Shown here: positions 45,075-45,108 of the stretch, piece by piece
How positions within the stretch are numbered: the first letter of the stretch is position 1
Layout of the letters: the number at the start of each line of letters is the position of its first letter
NCBI GenBank assembly: GCA_048886305.1
Contig: JBHLKV010000003.1
Coordinates: 1 to 45,108 of the forward strand
Source: Candidatus Hodarchaeota archaeon
Lineage (GTDB): Archaea > Asgardarchaeota > Lokiarchaeia > Sigyniarchaeales > SOKP01
Length of the DNA: 45,108 nt
Reading direction: 5' to 3'
Notes under the pieces: generated by a model
What the model was told of the DNA's origin: nothing
Databases searched by the model: none
What the model saw: only the letters and a program-made list of their open reading frames with translations
Program-made: the position numbers and the translations under genes

Positions 45075-45108
45075 TTGGGGATTTTTCCTGAGAATCCATG
45101 TGAATTTG
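45075..45108 (+). CDS. 5' end of a downstream gene coupled to the AAA+ ATPase (partial, product unknown)
   Basis: GGAGGT (45062..45067) overlaps the end of the ATPase gene. A TTG lies 7 nt downstream at 45075, and the frame (LGIFPENPCEF...) stays open to the window end. Too short to classify. Confidence 0.3.
   Translation, partial: MGIFPENPCEF

Noticed and set aside
1-45108. CRISPR arrays, IS elements or transposases, rRNA genes, prophage genes
   Set aside because: Reading both strands and all spacers showed no regularly spaced direct repeats, no transposase- or integrase-like ORFs and no rRNA-like sequence.

Overview
This is a visibly AT-rich (about 30% G+C by eye) archaeal chromosomal segment, densely coded on both strands. 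I call about 41 protein genes, one tRNA-Ala(CGC) and one candidate C/D-box sRNA. I found no rRNA, CRISPR array, transposase or integrase. Archaeal housekeeping genes are clear: RNase P Rpp30 and Pop5, ribosomal protein L15e, PyrI, TrpB2, an NFACT/Rqc2 homologue, an smc-scpA-scpB operon, an Orc1/Cdc6-like gene and an archaeal-type ValRS. They sit next to eukaryote-signature regulators: a Rag/Gtr1-family GTPase with a C-terminal roadblock domain, a single-domain Roadblock/LC7 protein, and a 378-aa longin plus winged-helix protein resembling NPRL2. That mix fits an Asgard (Lokiarchaeia-like) genome best, which is an inference from gene content only. The observations most worth follow-up are listed here. 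(1) An NPRL2-like protein is transcribed divergently from an array containing the Rag-like GTPase, a possible archaeal Rag/GATOR1-type module. (2) A Trp-codon-dense mini-ORF (W-Q-W-P-W) lies in the long leader of trpB2. (3) Two translationally coupled orphan proteins of about 750 aa each occupy 808..5306. (4) The 1484-aa SMC has canonical heads but no recognisable hinge, and follows an Orc1/Cdc6 paralogue with degenerate Walker motifs. (5) In two genes (Roadblock and ScpA) the conserved N-terminal coding sequence can only be reached from an in-frame ATA preceded by a Shine-Dalgarno motif. (6) An archaeal-type and a bacterial-type valS sit in tandem. (7) A glycyl-radical enzyme has no activase nearby. 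All family assignments come from motifs read by eye and from remembered reference sequences. No searches were run.
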